A stretch of 54,855 nucleotides of DNA, from positions 1 through 54,855 of IMG/VR virus record IMGVR_UViG_3300002144_000245, one strand, 5' to 3'. The notes under the pieces are model-generated. The model did not search any database. It had not been told where the DNA came from and saw nothing but the letters and a program-made list of their open reading frames with translations. Source of the stretch: a virus (Duplodnaviria; Caudoviricetes). The translations under genes and the position numbers were made by a program. Shown here piece after piece: positions 17,331-27,266 of the stretch (positions are counted from its first letter, which is position 1; every line of letters starts with the position of its first letter).

Positions 17331-17908
17331 TTTTGTTTCTCCAGCTTCTCAATGAAGTTTTCTTTAAAAGTACAAAACTCGTTTTCTATTTTGGTTTCAA
17401 ACTCTTCCCATGACACACCATCCCATTCCTCAACCGAACCATCTTCGTTGATGAACTTGGCTTTTAGTGCCAGCTTTAGAGTTTCTTTTTCAAGTTCAGC
17501 TTGTTTTAACCAAGCTTTACCATTTTCTAACATTTTGCTTCGTTCATACTCTTGATACTTACCCTCAATTTTTAATTGGTGTTCCATATCAATTACACAA
17601 TCAAAACACACACCATGAACAGCTTTCATTTTCAGGTCGTTTCGTTTCGGTGTTGTACAAGTACAAACTTCTTTTTGGCATTTTGGAAATGTATTGAGTT
17701 CGTTTCTCAATTCTGAAAGTTTACCAAGTTTAACCTTGTATCCTTTCTTTTGTTCCCAAAGTTGCCCCTCATCATCAGTCCATCGGTCTCCGACTTCTTT
17801 TTTGATAAATTGCGTTACCTCATCAAATCCAATAGTAGTTTTGGTTTGAGTTCGGTGTGTTCCAGCAATCATTTCTTTGATTGCTTTTACGTTGTTTAAT
17901 TTTGCCAT
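17327..17908 (-). CDS. Hypothetical protein with a Cys cluster (possible Zn binding)
   Basis: CQKEVCTC...CFDC; preceded by TACTTATA at 17934-17941. Confidence 0.65.
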   Translation of the reverse strand: MAKLNNVKAIKEMIAGTHRTQTKTTIGFDEVTQFIKKEVGDRWTDDEGQLWEQKKGYKVKLGKLSELRNELNTFPKCQKEVCTCTTPKRNDLKMKAVHGVCFDCVIDMEHQLKIEGKYQEYERSKMLENGKAWLKQAELEKETLKLALKAKFINEDGSVEEWDGVSWEEFETKIENEFCTFKENFIEKLEKQK

Positions 17909-17949
17909 AACTTATTTGTATACGTTGTCAATATATAAGTATTATATTA

Positions 17950-20802
17950 TTAGTAGAAAAGACCAAGTATTTGATTCAATGGTGCAAACGTGCCTGTTAG
18001 TTTATATGTCGCACCCTTATATGTAAATACAATACCTTCGTTTGGTACAATTTTATCTTTACCACCAATTGAATTTAATCGTTGTAACTCTAACTTTAAT
18101 TTTTCAATTTTCTTTACATCACCACTCTTCTTAACATCTTTGATTGTTTGGTCTAATCTCTTTTTCATATCACGAAGTGCTGAATCGGGGTTTACTGTTA
18201 ATGCGGATGACATGAATGAAAGAACTTCAGCACCAACACCTAAGAAGATATCTTCAAATGGTCGAATGTTATCCTTTGCAATTTTAGCGTGGTCATTCTT
18301 ATCTACACTCTGAGCCCATGATAGTGTTTTGTCATCAGAAATAGATTTACTATCTAATCGAGTTGATTTATCATAAAATGCCCATCGTTTAACCAATCCC
18401 ATTTTGGTTTTGTTATCTAATGTAGATGGTGAATTCTTGTCTACGTATGATTCCCACCATCGTTGGTGGTATTCAGCAACACCATCTGAATCTTTTAATT
18501 TAAACTCACTCTGAAGCTTAGATAGTTGTGATGTAAATTTACTTTGTTTAGAAGATAATTCTTCGGACTTTGGTAACTGAACCACGGGCGGACCTTGAAT
18601 AGTATACTTTGACTGAACATCAGCGTTAACTTGTTTAATCATCCCAGCAAGTATTTTAGCGTCTGATGTGTCAGCTCCTATAGCAACACCCTTCTCATCA
18701 TATTCCATTGTTCCATGAAAAACAAGTAGCGGCTGACCGTAAGGAACTACGTTCACAGATGTCGGCCAAATTACTTCAAGGTTCATAAATTTCTTACCCT
18801 GTTTGAATATTTTATCTCGTTGTGACGATGATAATCCGCTGATGGCTGATGTCAAATCTTTCATAGCATAATTGTAAGCATCAGTTAACCCACCCCTACC
18901 TTGGAACTTTGAAGCAATACCACTAATGTCCAATGCCTTCTCACCAGAGTTAGCAAGGTGTCCTTTGTTACGAGCTGCTATAAGACCTTTTCCATCTTTC
19001 CATGAAATAGCAAGAGCTTGTCCATCGGTTTTTTCTCGTGTGAATTCTAATTTACCTTGAAGAGCATTTGATATGATTATTTTCAAATCACCAAATGTTA
19101 AATTCATTTCAGTATCAAATGGATGATGCATATGACCATACGCTCCTCCTTCAGTTAATATATTTTCTGCTAGGGATTTATCTTTTGGTTTTGAGATGTA
19201 TTTTTTAGCCATTTCAATAAATGATGGGGTTATGTGTTCTATCACAAAACTTAATGCAGTAGTTAACTGTTCTTCTTCTATTGTATCATTACCCTGCTCT
19301 CCCATCGAAGGCCACTCTCCAGTTGGGAATTTATCTCCCATTAATGATTTGGCTAATATGGCTCTAGTCAAATGTAATCCTTCATGAGCTAATTGTTCTA
19401 TTACTGCTGTTTGGGCCCCTGCTTTTTTAGCTTTTCCTGCTAATCGTCTACCATTGGTCCAAAAATATATATCTTGTCCATCATTCATAGTGTTAACTAA
19501 TCCGTAGGCATATGCATCGTCTGGGGTTTCATTATATTCTTGAGCATCTTTTAAAGATAATCCTGTGTATTTTGCTACATTATCCCCCAACTCAAATACA
19601 CCTTGACTATTAGGAGACATCGCTAATGTAATATCTTCTGAGATTTTAGTTCCATCGAAAAGTTCAAATGATATATTTATTTTCTTTACTTGTACTTCGG
19701 TTTTAACGTCATTCAATACACCTTCAGTATGGAGTTGTTGCGTTTTTAATTCTTTTTGTTTTTGTTTTTCGGTTGGGATTTGAGCGGTCAGGTTTTGTAT
19801 ATCCTTTGGTTCAGCGAAGTTTACAAACTCCATACCCAATCTAAGTGCTACTCGTTTGATATGGTCTGCCCATTTCTTATATCCAGCTCTACCTGTGATG
19901 TCTTTACCATAACGAACAGTCTGGCCATCTCTCGTGTCTCCTGTTGGGAAAAATGATACGGAGTATTTGTCAGGCATTGGTCTGCCATCATGAGCAAATA
20001 CCGTGTCAACCTCTGGCATTAAGTATGATACAATTTCATATCCCAATTTACCAACTGATTTTTCCATTTCAGATTTAAATGTTTTCATGTTACCATAAAA
20101 CGCAGCAGGTCCATCATCAACAATACCCTTTCCACTTATGGGTATCGTGCTTGATTCTGATATAATTTTAGTGATATCAATTGACTGAAAGAAGGATTCC
20201 ATTACGGATTCCACTTTAGCCATCTTTGAGGAAATTAAATCAAAAATCTTTTGGTTAAATTTTGGATATACTGATTTAAAGAATTTAATTCGTTTTTCTT
20301 CGTCTGAAGTAGACATACCAGCACGTACTTCTGTACCCGATATACCATTACCTTGTGATGGGGATGTGTAAACGTATCCACCATCTTTTACAGCAATACT
20401 TACGTCACCCTTATATGGTTGAAAATAATTACCACCCAATCGACCACCATCTTTTTCGCCAACTACAGTTATAAACGCAGTCGTGTTTTCATCAAACTTA
20501 CCAAGAATTTCTTTTGGAGCATATGGATTTTTTACTTGAACAATTTTGTTTTTTGGAATACCAAACATCGTGCTCATAATGTCAACCTTTTCCTTAAAAC
20601 GGAATGGTGATTTTGGTAACTCTACTTTATCGGAGGTTCCAATGTATACATTATCCTTACCAAACTTCTTTACCAAGTGTGCGTATGTTGCGTAGTGACC
20701 GGAATGGAATGGGTGAAACCTTCCCACATACGTTACGACTGTTTTTTTAATGTCTTCGGTAAGGATTGATTCCATCACCCATTTGTTTATTAATTGTCCC
20801 AT
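17950..20802 (-). CDS. Multidomain protein: HxGH nucleotidyltransferase, unknown module, HExxH module, ATP-dependent ligase-like domain
   Basis: GRFHPFHSGH and ISGTEVR; LAHEGLH; EKTDG, EGIV and YKLTG; domains separated by ILTE/ISE/HTE/ILTE. Confidence 0.75.
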   Translation of the reverse strand: MGQLINKWVMESILTEDIKKTVVTYVGRFHPFHSGHYATYAHLVKKFGKDNVYIGTSDKVELPKSPFRFKEKVDIMSTMFGIPKNKIVQVKNPYAPKEILGKFDENTTAFITVVGEKDGGRLGGNYFQPYKGDVSIAVKDGGYVYTSPSQGNGISGTEVRAGMSTSDEEKRIKFFKSVYPKFNQKIFDLISSKMAKVESVMESFFQSIDITKIISESSTIPISGKGIVDDGPAAFYGNMKTFKSEMEKSVGKLGYEIVSYLMPEVDTVFAHDGRPMPDKYSVSFFPTGDTRDGQTVRYGKDITGRAGYKKWADHIKRVALRLGMEFVNFAEPKDIQNLTAQIPTEKQKQKELKTQQLHTEGVLNDVKTEVQVKKINISFELFDGTKISEDITLAMSPNSQGVFELGDNVAKYTGLSLKDAQEYNETPDDAYAYGLVNTMNDGQDIYFWTNGRRLAGKAKKAGAQTAVIEQLAHEGLHLTRAILAKSLMGDKFPTGEWPSMGEQGNDTIEEEQLTTALSFVIEHITPSFIEMAKKYISKPKDKSLAENILTEGGAYGHMHHPFDTEMNLTFGDLKIIISNALQGKLEFTREKTDGQALAISWKDGKGLIAARNKGHLANSGEKALDISGIASKFQGRGGLTDAYNYAMKDLTSAISGLSSSQRDKIFKQGKKFMNLEVIWPTSVNVVPYGQPLLVFHGTMEYDEKGVAIGADTSDAKILAGMIKQVNADVQSKYTIQGPPVVQLPKSEELSSKQSKFTSQLSKLQSEFKLKDSDGVAEYHQRWWESYVDKNSPSTLDNKTKMGLVKRWAFYDKSTRLDSKSISDDKTLSWAQSVDKNDHAKIAKDNIRPFEDIFLGVGAEVLSFMSSALTVNPDSALRDMKKRLDQTIKDVKKSGDVKKIEKLKLELQRLNSIGGKDKIVPNEGIVFTYKGATYKLTGTFAPLNQILGLFY

Positions 20803-20833
20803 AATAATAAGTATCTTTTAATTTTGTGTTATG

Positions 20834-23107
20834 TTAGATTGCTTGTCCAACTTGACCTGGGTCAAATGGTGCAGTTATACTTGAAAAGTCTCCTGCAAAT
20901 ACACGTGTTGATATAATTGATATATTTTTTATCCTCGTAGATGTACCAGTTGGGCCTGTACCAGCGGTATGGTTATTTGCTAATCCTACTTGTATTTTAC
21001 AAAACCTACCCTGTAATTCGTCTGGTATGCTAACTATGTAACTACTATCTTCAGGAGAATATACAAAACTTGAGGTGAGTTGTGTGGGGAGTGTTGTTCT
21101 TGAGTAAACACTACCTATTTCCTCGGGTGCGTCAAATAGGTCATAAGCATTCGAGCCCGTTAATGCGCCTGCTATATAGAATCTAGCCAACGAAATAACC
21201 CTACTATCAGTATTATTAGCTGATATACCTTTTAAGGAAAACGAAATACCAAGTTTAGTTTCATATGGTAGAAATGTAACTGGATATTCAGATACTATTG
21301 TATATGTAGAATTATCATTGATATTTTGTCTAACATATTCAGTACTATCAGATACGATTTGTCTACCAACATTTCTAGCATCTATAAGACCTAATTTTGT
21401 GTCAAGTAACGTGTAATTTGTTGTTCCGACTCGTTGTCTAATTAAAACATTAGAACCGGTCATATCACCATTAGCTTTTAAAGCAAGGGGTGTACCAAGG
21501 CCAGTTATAACCAATGACGAACTAATAGAAGTTGGTGTAACTACAAATCCACCTATAATAGCCTCATTATCCTTTGGATTGAGGTGAAAGAATGATGAAC
21601 TAATTTCTATGTTGGAAGCAGCACCACTAATAAACTGAGTGTTTGGATTTCCTATAAAGAATGAATCAGTTCTAATATCAAGATTACCACCACCATTGGT
21701 TGTGTATCTAAAGTATGAACTTGAATTTGCAACAAGGTCTAATCCGACACCATCATATGTATCTGAACCTACATTTAAATTCCCACTACCACTAAATAAA
21801 AGGAATCCACCAGGACCGCTTCCGTTTAATGCGTTTGTAAATCCATCGTACCCAACTGATTTAAGATAACCACTTGAATTACCTGCCATCTCAATACCAG
21901 TTCCAATGGCGTTACCTATATTAAATGAGCCTGTTATTAAAGATTGGTCACCACCTATATAAACGTTACCACCCTCAAAAACAACATTTGATTTTATAAT
22001 CTCTACAGTAGAGACATCTCCAATTTGATTTACAAATTGTAATCTTAACGTCTTTGGGTCTTTTAATTGTTCTGTTGGAACCGGTACTTTATAAAAAACA
22101 CTTGATGTATTATCTATTGTTGTTTCCGCAATTGTTTCATAATTAGAAGCAGGCAGTCCTTGAGATTTTATTGAAGTACGAATTGCAAAAATTCTACCAG
22201 CAATTGGACTCAATTGTGAAACCGTGATGTTTGCAAATGCAATTTGGTTTTGAGTTGTCGAATTAGATGCTGTGGAATAATATTTTATTTCAGTTGGAAT
22301 TGTACCATCTGAATATTCGTATGTATGTATCGACCCATCTCGTCTAACGTCACTTGTTGTAATTGGCGATTCTACTTGTAGTATAGTTGATGATACTACT
22401 GATGTTATACTTGACGTTAGTGATGTTGGTTGTAGTTGGCCGCCTGTTAACCTTGGGAATAATACAACTGCACCCATATCTAAGTTTAGTTCACCACCCA
22501 CCATTTCTTGGTTAAAAATTGGAGTTGTACTTTCAAACGAAGTGGAATTACCATACAATGATTTTTTGTATGTTAGAGGTGTAGATACTATGGTTGGTGT
22601 AAGTATCCCATTTGATTGTGGTATGTTTGTAAACACATCAACACTCGATGACACTATCATCGATGGGGGTTGCGATTGTTTAAATATAATTTTCGATGGT
22701 GATTGCTTTGACTTTACTACATTTATAATTTGCTTCCAACGAACTGCCTTACCATCAACGCCAGTTCCAATTATACTTAGTTCAGCACGGCCATCAGGAG
22801 TATCATATCGATTATTGGATGGTAGATTGTATACCCAAATTGAAATTAGACTTGATTTATCAGAGTCCTTGTAGTCGGTAGTTTCCCAATAAATTGGATT
22901 TCCGTTTACATCGATTATTTCAATTTGTATAGGACTACCATTTTGCAATCGAGTTGGTTTTATCTTAAATGAGTTTTTACCTTCACCAAGATATTCGGGA
23001 AACGAAGTAATGCCAAATAACCGAATGCCGATATCAGTTGACACATCGGTAACATTTGTTACTTTGTTTAAGTATTCTTTAGACCGCTTTTTTAGTTCTA
23101 ATGCCAT
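20834..23107 (-). CDS. Virion structural protein (tail/baseplate-associated)
   Basis: Beta-rich, Ser/Thr/Gly-rich 757 aa; GGAG RBS. Confidence 0.55.
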   Translation of the reverse strand: MALELKKRSKEYLNKVTNVTDVSTDIGIRLFGITSFPEYLGEGKNSFKIKPTRLQNGSPIQIEIIDVNGNPIYWETTDYKDSDKSSLISIWVYNLPSNNRYDTPDGRAELSIIGTGVDGKAVRWKQIINVVKSKQSPSKIIFKQSQPPSMIVSSSVDVFTNIPQSNGILTPTIVSTPLTYKKSLYGNSTSFESTTPIFNQEMVGGELNLDMGAVVLFPRLTGGQLQPTSLTSSITSVVSSTILQVESPITTSDVRRDGSIHTYEYSDGTIPTEIKYYSTASNSTTQNQIAFANITVSQLSPIAGRIFAIRTSIKSQGLPASNYETIAETTIDNTSSVFYKVPVPTEQLKDPKTLRLQFVNQIGDVSTVEIIKSNVVFEGGNVYIGGDQSLITGSFNIGNAIGTGIEMAGNSSGYLKSVGYDGFTNALNGSGPGGFLLFSGSGNLNVGSDTYDGVGLDLVANSSSYFRYTTNGGGNLDIRTDSFFIGNPNTQFISGAASNIEISSSFFHLNPKDNEAIIGGFVVTPTSISSSLVITGLGTPLALKANGDMTGSNVLIRQRVGTTNYTLLDTKLGLIDARNVGRQIVSDSTEYVRQNINDNSTYTIVSEYPVTFLPYETKLGISFSLKGISANNTDSRVISLARFYIAGALTGSNAYDLFDAPEEIGSVYSRTTLPTQLTSSFVYSPEDSSYIVSIPDELQGRFCKIQVGLANNHTAGTGPTGTSTRIKNISIISTRVFAGDFSSITAPFDPGQVGQAI

Positions 23108-23127
23108 TAATGCACTCCATCACTTTC

Positions 23128-26100
23128 TTATATATATGATACTTTAGAGAACCCACGAACTTTATTGATATCAATTATTTGGTCCACCATGTCTCTTGTC
23201 TTGTCAATGTGAGATATTGTGATGATAAAATCGAACTGAGTCTTTAAGTAATCAAATAATAAATATAGAGAATTAAAGTTGTCCGTGTCTAATGAACCAA
23301 ATCCTTCGTCAATAGCGATAAAGTTTGGTCGTGGTAAATTGGATACGTTAATCAACGCAGTTCTAATTGCTATAGATGAAATGAACTTTTCCATACCACT
23401 TGTAAGCTCTAATGGCCAAAACTCAGTATCACCATATGCAATATATGAGTTGATATTTTTACCATCAGTATTAAGTAGGATTTCAAAATCAACTATCGGT
23501 TGTAAGATGTTGTTAATTTCTATTTCTAACTTTGGTAATACATCTGAGATTAAATTGTATGGAATACCATCACGTTTCACACATTTCAGATAGTACTCAT
23601 ACCCATCAAACTTAGTTTCCATTTCACGAAGTTTATTGATAGACTGGTTAACCATCTCGATTGTCTTTTCGGCTAATTTAATTTCCGAATTGACATTCAT
23701 AAGTTCATCAGTTACTTCTTTTATTGAATCATCTAATTGACTTCGAGTTACTTTAAAAGATTTTATCTTTTCTATAATCACCTTATTATGAGCTACCGCC
23801 TGTTCTTGGTCTTTAGCTTTTTGTAAGGTTCTCTCTAATTCTTTTATTTCAGAATCGTAATCTTTTACTAAGGCAATACATGAGTCGTATAATTTATTTA
23901 ACCTTACCCATTCCTTATCTAATTTTAAAAGTTCGTCGGAATGGTCATTCCAAAGTTTCAACTCCGTAGTGACATCACACTTACTACGGATGTCCAAAAT
24001 TTCCAATCGTTTAGTTACTACTTTAGAATAGTCACTCCCTAATGATTTTATCTTTTTTTCTAAAGTATCTGCCTGTTTTGCAAATGGTGTATTTTTGTTT
24101 TCAATACAATGATTACACTTATCATCAAATGTCAATGACCCGATACCATCTAAATGTTCTTTAGCATGAATTATCTCAGACTCCAATTTATCTAATTGGG
24201 TTCCCATTTCATTAAATTCAGTATCATACAATTTATATTGTATTTCTTTTTCTCTAAGTGAGTTAATGTCAATTTTATCAAGTTTAGATTGAATATCCAA
24301 TTGTAACGTTTCAATCTTTTTAACTTCTGCTAGATTAAAATTACAATCGGTGGATTGTATATCTCTGATTTTTTGAAGTGACTCCAATTCCAATTGGATT
24401 GTTTGTAAATCACGAATGTCTTCAACGGGTTTTAAATTACCCATGTCAAACTCGATTTTAGTATTAACTACATCGCGGTTGGTTTCTAATTTAGATTTTT
24501 TATTTTGGTATTTTATTAACGACCCATCAGTTGATGTCAATACTTCTTCCGCCTCAGCTAACTGAGTTGGTAAGTCTTGATTCTTGTAATCTTTTAGAAG
24601 AGCTGATAGTTCTCTAATCTCCTCACTTGCAATTTGATACAACCCCTCAAACACATCCATGTCCAAGAATTGAGCAAGAAGCTCTTTACGTTCTTTTTGT
24701 GACTTGTCAATAAATCCACTATTATTTGATTGAGTTGACATAGCGGTTAGTACAAAGTCATCATACGTTCCAACATACTCTCTAATGAGTGAGTTGGTGT
24801 CCCTACGCTGTTCTCCATTAAGAGACTCTACGACCCCATCTATAATACGATAGAAGTTTGTGTCTACCTTTACAGTACCTCGCTTAGGAGACTTCCTAGC
24901 GGCTCTCTCAATTACGTAGTCGACTCCATTAAGTTCAAATATGAATTTACAATCATATGACATCTTTGAGTAATTCAATACATCCTCAGCCTTGGAAGTT
25001 CGTGAACATTTATCAAAGATACAAAATGATAAAGCATCCCAAAGGGTTGACTTACCACTTGCGTTTGGTGCAAAGATACCATATGCCCCTTTCATGTTTG
25101 TAAAGTCAATAATATTATTAGGACCATACGAAAACATATTTGAAAACTCAAAAGTCTTTGGTATCCATATTGAATTTGTAATTACACGTTGGCTCCCTAA
25201 CTTCGCATTGATATCAGCATTAATTGATTTAACCACCTCAAGTTGATTTTCGGTGAGATGGTCCGTTTCCATAAGTAAATCTTCTATTAACTTATTTTGA
25301 AATGCAACATCACGCACGTTCTGAAGAGTAATCTTACCATGCTCACCTCCATCTTTACGAGTAATAACTTTTTGTATAGTCAGTTCCTCAATTTTCCTAC
25401 CTTTTTTAAGTTCAGCTATAAGCTTATTTAATTCAGAGGTTTTTGTGTTTTTAACACGAACTCGCATCCTTGGTCGATTGGGAATATGTGAATTTGAAAC
25501 TACCTTACCATCTTCAATATCAACAGTAACATAACCAAACTCGTTTGGTATAGTTACAAATTTACTTGTTAGGGTTTCCATATCCCACACCAATATACCA
25601 TGGTCAGGGTATAACGACTCAGCGTGATTTTGCATAATCAAAGAACCTGGATACATAATATTAGAATTACCCAATACAGCGTTGTTGGGTTTGTGAATAT
25701 CACCCAACAATACTAAATCATACCCATCAAAGTTTGATACGTTTATTTTTTTATTTTCAATAACAAACCCATGGTCGGTTATAATTTTATCAACGGGTCC
25801 GTGAAACAATGCAATCTTGTGGTCGCATAATGCGACATCAAGTGGTGATGGGAATCCTGGTGAATCGTCAAACACCGATTGGTGTGTGAATATACAATTA
25901 GCAATATGCCACGAGCCACTATCACGGATGTAGTGTAATTTTGGAAGCCTAAGTGCATTAACAATTGGCTGTAACGCATCCATACGAGATGGGTTGCTTA
26001 GGTTAGCGTCGTGGTTTCCTGGAATTACAATAGTCGGTAGTAAGTCTGATAGTCGAGAAAAGAACTCTTGTGTTAAATTAACTACCTCAGGTGACATATC

Positions 26101-26298
26101 TGTTTTTGCGTGAACAATATCACCAGCTACTACAATGATGTCATTTTCCGACATTGTGGATAGAATGTACCCATAAAGTTGGGAAAATACATCACGGTAT
26201 TCTGAGTGTCGTTTTAGGTTTCTTATATGTACATCGGCTATATGATAAATTTTTCCAATCTTATCAATACCAATGTTAATCTTTTTCACATTTTTCAT
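23128..26298 (-). CDS. Fused Mre11/SbcD nuclease and Rad50/SbcC ATPase (T4 gp47-gp46 fusion)
   Basis: ADVH, AGDIVH, PGNHD, LGDIH phosphoesterase motifs; APNASGKST, CNHC zinc hook, SGMEKF, IDEGFGSLD, ISH. Confidence 0.93.
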   Translation of the reverse strand: MKNVKKINIGIDKIGKIYHIADVHIRNLKRHSEYRDVFSQLYGYILSTMSENDIIVVAGDIVHAKTDMSPEVVNLTQEFFSRLSDLLPTIVIPGNHDANLSNPSRMDALQPIVNALRLPKLHYIRDSGSWHIANCIFTHQSVFDDSPGFPSPLDVALCDHKIALFHGPVDKIITDHGFVIENKKINVSNFDGYDLVLLGDIHKPNNAVLGNSNIMYPGSLIMQNHAESLYPDHGILVWDMETLTSKFVTIPNEFGYVTVDIEDGKVVSNSHIPNRPRMRVRVKNTKTSELNKLIAELKKGRKIEELTIQKVITRKDGGEHGKITLQNVRDVAFQNKLIEDLLMETDHLTENQLEVVKSINADINAKLGSQRVITNSIWIPKTFEFSNMFSYGPNNIIDFTNMKGAYGIFAPNASGKSTLWDALSFCIFDKCSRTSKAEDVLNYSKMSYDCKFIFELNGVDYVIERAARKSPKRGTVKVDTNFYRIIDGVVESLNGEQRRDTNSLIREYVGTYDDFVLTAMSTQSNNSGFIDKSQKERKELLAQFLDMDVFEGLYQIASEEIRELSALLKDYKNQDLPTQLAEAEEVLTSTDGSLIKYQNKKSKLETNRDVVNTKIEFDMGNLKPVEDIRDLQTIQLELESLQKIRDIQSTDCNFNLAEVKKIETLQLDIQSKLDKIDINSLREKEIQYKLYDTEFNEMGTQLDKLESEIIHAKEHLDGIGSLTFDDKCNHCIENKNTPFAKQADTLEKKIKSLGSDYSKVVTKRLEILDIRSKCDVTTELKLWNDHSDELLKLDKEWVRLNKLYDSCIALVKDYDSEIKELERTLQKAKDQEQAVAHNKVIIEKIKSFKVTRSQLDDSIKEVTDELMNVNSEIKLAEKTIEMVNQSINKLREMETKFDGYEYYLKCVKRDGIPYNLISDVLPKLEIEINNILQPIVDFEILLNTDGKNINSYIAYGDTEFWPLELTSGMEKFISSIAIRTALINVSNLPRPNFIAIDEGFGSLDTDNFNSLYLLFDYLKTQFDFIITISHIDKTRDMVDQIIDINKVRGFSKVSYI

Positions 26299-27230
26299 AC
26301 ACGAAATAGTTGGTACTCCATTAACTTACGTAAATCGAGTGGGGGTGTACCATATATTTTTTCATTAATTTTTTTATACCCCAATTCCGATGGGTCATCA
26401 TCACCTAAATCTACAAGGTGAGTTTGAATTCCATACGACATAAACTTCTTTGCTAACCCCAATGCATTCTTCAACGCGTCGGAATCTAAACAAATATACA
26501 ACTTTTTTACTGAATTTCCTATTATTTTCTTTTCTAACTCAGATTGGATTGATTTTCCAAACAATGGTATTGCGTTTCGCCTAATCGCGATAGCATCAAA
26601 TACACCTTCACATAGTATAATAGGGGTGTCCCAATTAACTAATAAATCAAAACCTATAATATCTTTAGATACTTTTGGATTCTTATGTTTATATTGTGTC
26701 TGATAGAATGACCTACCTACGAAGAAGTTTAACTTACCTCGTTCATCATATGATGGGATTATAACTTTATCACGATACTCACCCTCCTCACAATACCCAA
26801 TATTATATTTTACAATATCCTCAACCCTAAATCCTCTATTTAACAAATAGTGTAAAGCGTGTTTCCTTTTAGTTGAATTGGAGCTCTCATAGAGTGGGTG
26901 AAACTCCTTTGGAAGTTGAACCTGTTCTACAACGTCAGATACATCATACTCACTTGAGTATCGGTTTAACTTGTTAAAGATGGAATTATAATCATCCCAG
27001 CTTTGTTTAGATACTCGTAGTTTTTTAAAGAGTGACTTAATGGTTTTACCACGTTCATCCGAAATCCAACAATGCCATGGGTTGTCTGCTTTAGAATTAA
27101 TTCGTATATTAATTTCTAATTTTGGTTTGTAATGGTCAACGAATGGTGAATAAAACGCATAATTATCACCCGATGTTTTCTTAGATTTACCAAGAACGGA
27201 CTCTAATAATTCAAGTAGTCTTTCTTCCAT
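26295..27230 (-). CDS. DNA primase (DnaG/TOPRIM)
   Basis: YLLNRG, IIPSYD..G.LNFFVGR, CEGVFDAI, LDSDA, DDDPS. Confidence 0.9.
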   Translation of the reverse strand: MEERLLELLESVLGKSKKTSGDNYAFYSPFVDHYKPKLEINIRINSKADNPWHCWISDERGKTIKSLFKKLRVSKQSWDDYNSIFNKLNRYSSEYDVSDVVEQVQLPKEFHPLYESSNSTKRKHALHYLLNRGFRVEDIVKYNIGYCEEGEYRDKVIIPSYDERGKLNFFVGRSFYQTQYKHKNPKVSKDIIGFDLLVNWDTPIILCEGVFDAIAIRRNAIPLFGKSIQSELEKKIIGNSVKKLYICLDSDALKNALGLAKKFMSYGIQTHLVDLGDDDPSELGYKKINEKIYGTPPLDLRKLMEYQLFRV

Positions 27231-27235
27231 AACTA

Positions 27236-27266
27236 CTAATATACAACATTATTTTGAATAATCAAA
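27236..27266 (-). promoter_or_regulatory. Bacteroidota sigmaA-type promoter variant (TTTG-N19-TATATTAG) for primase and Mre11-Rad50
   Basis: caaa at 27263-27266 and ctaatata at 27236-27243; shares aatatacaacatta with the promoter at 51386. Confidence 0.5.
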
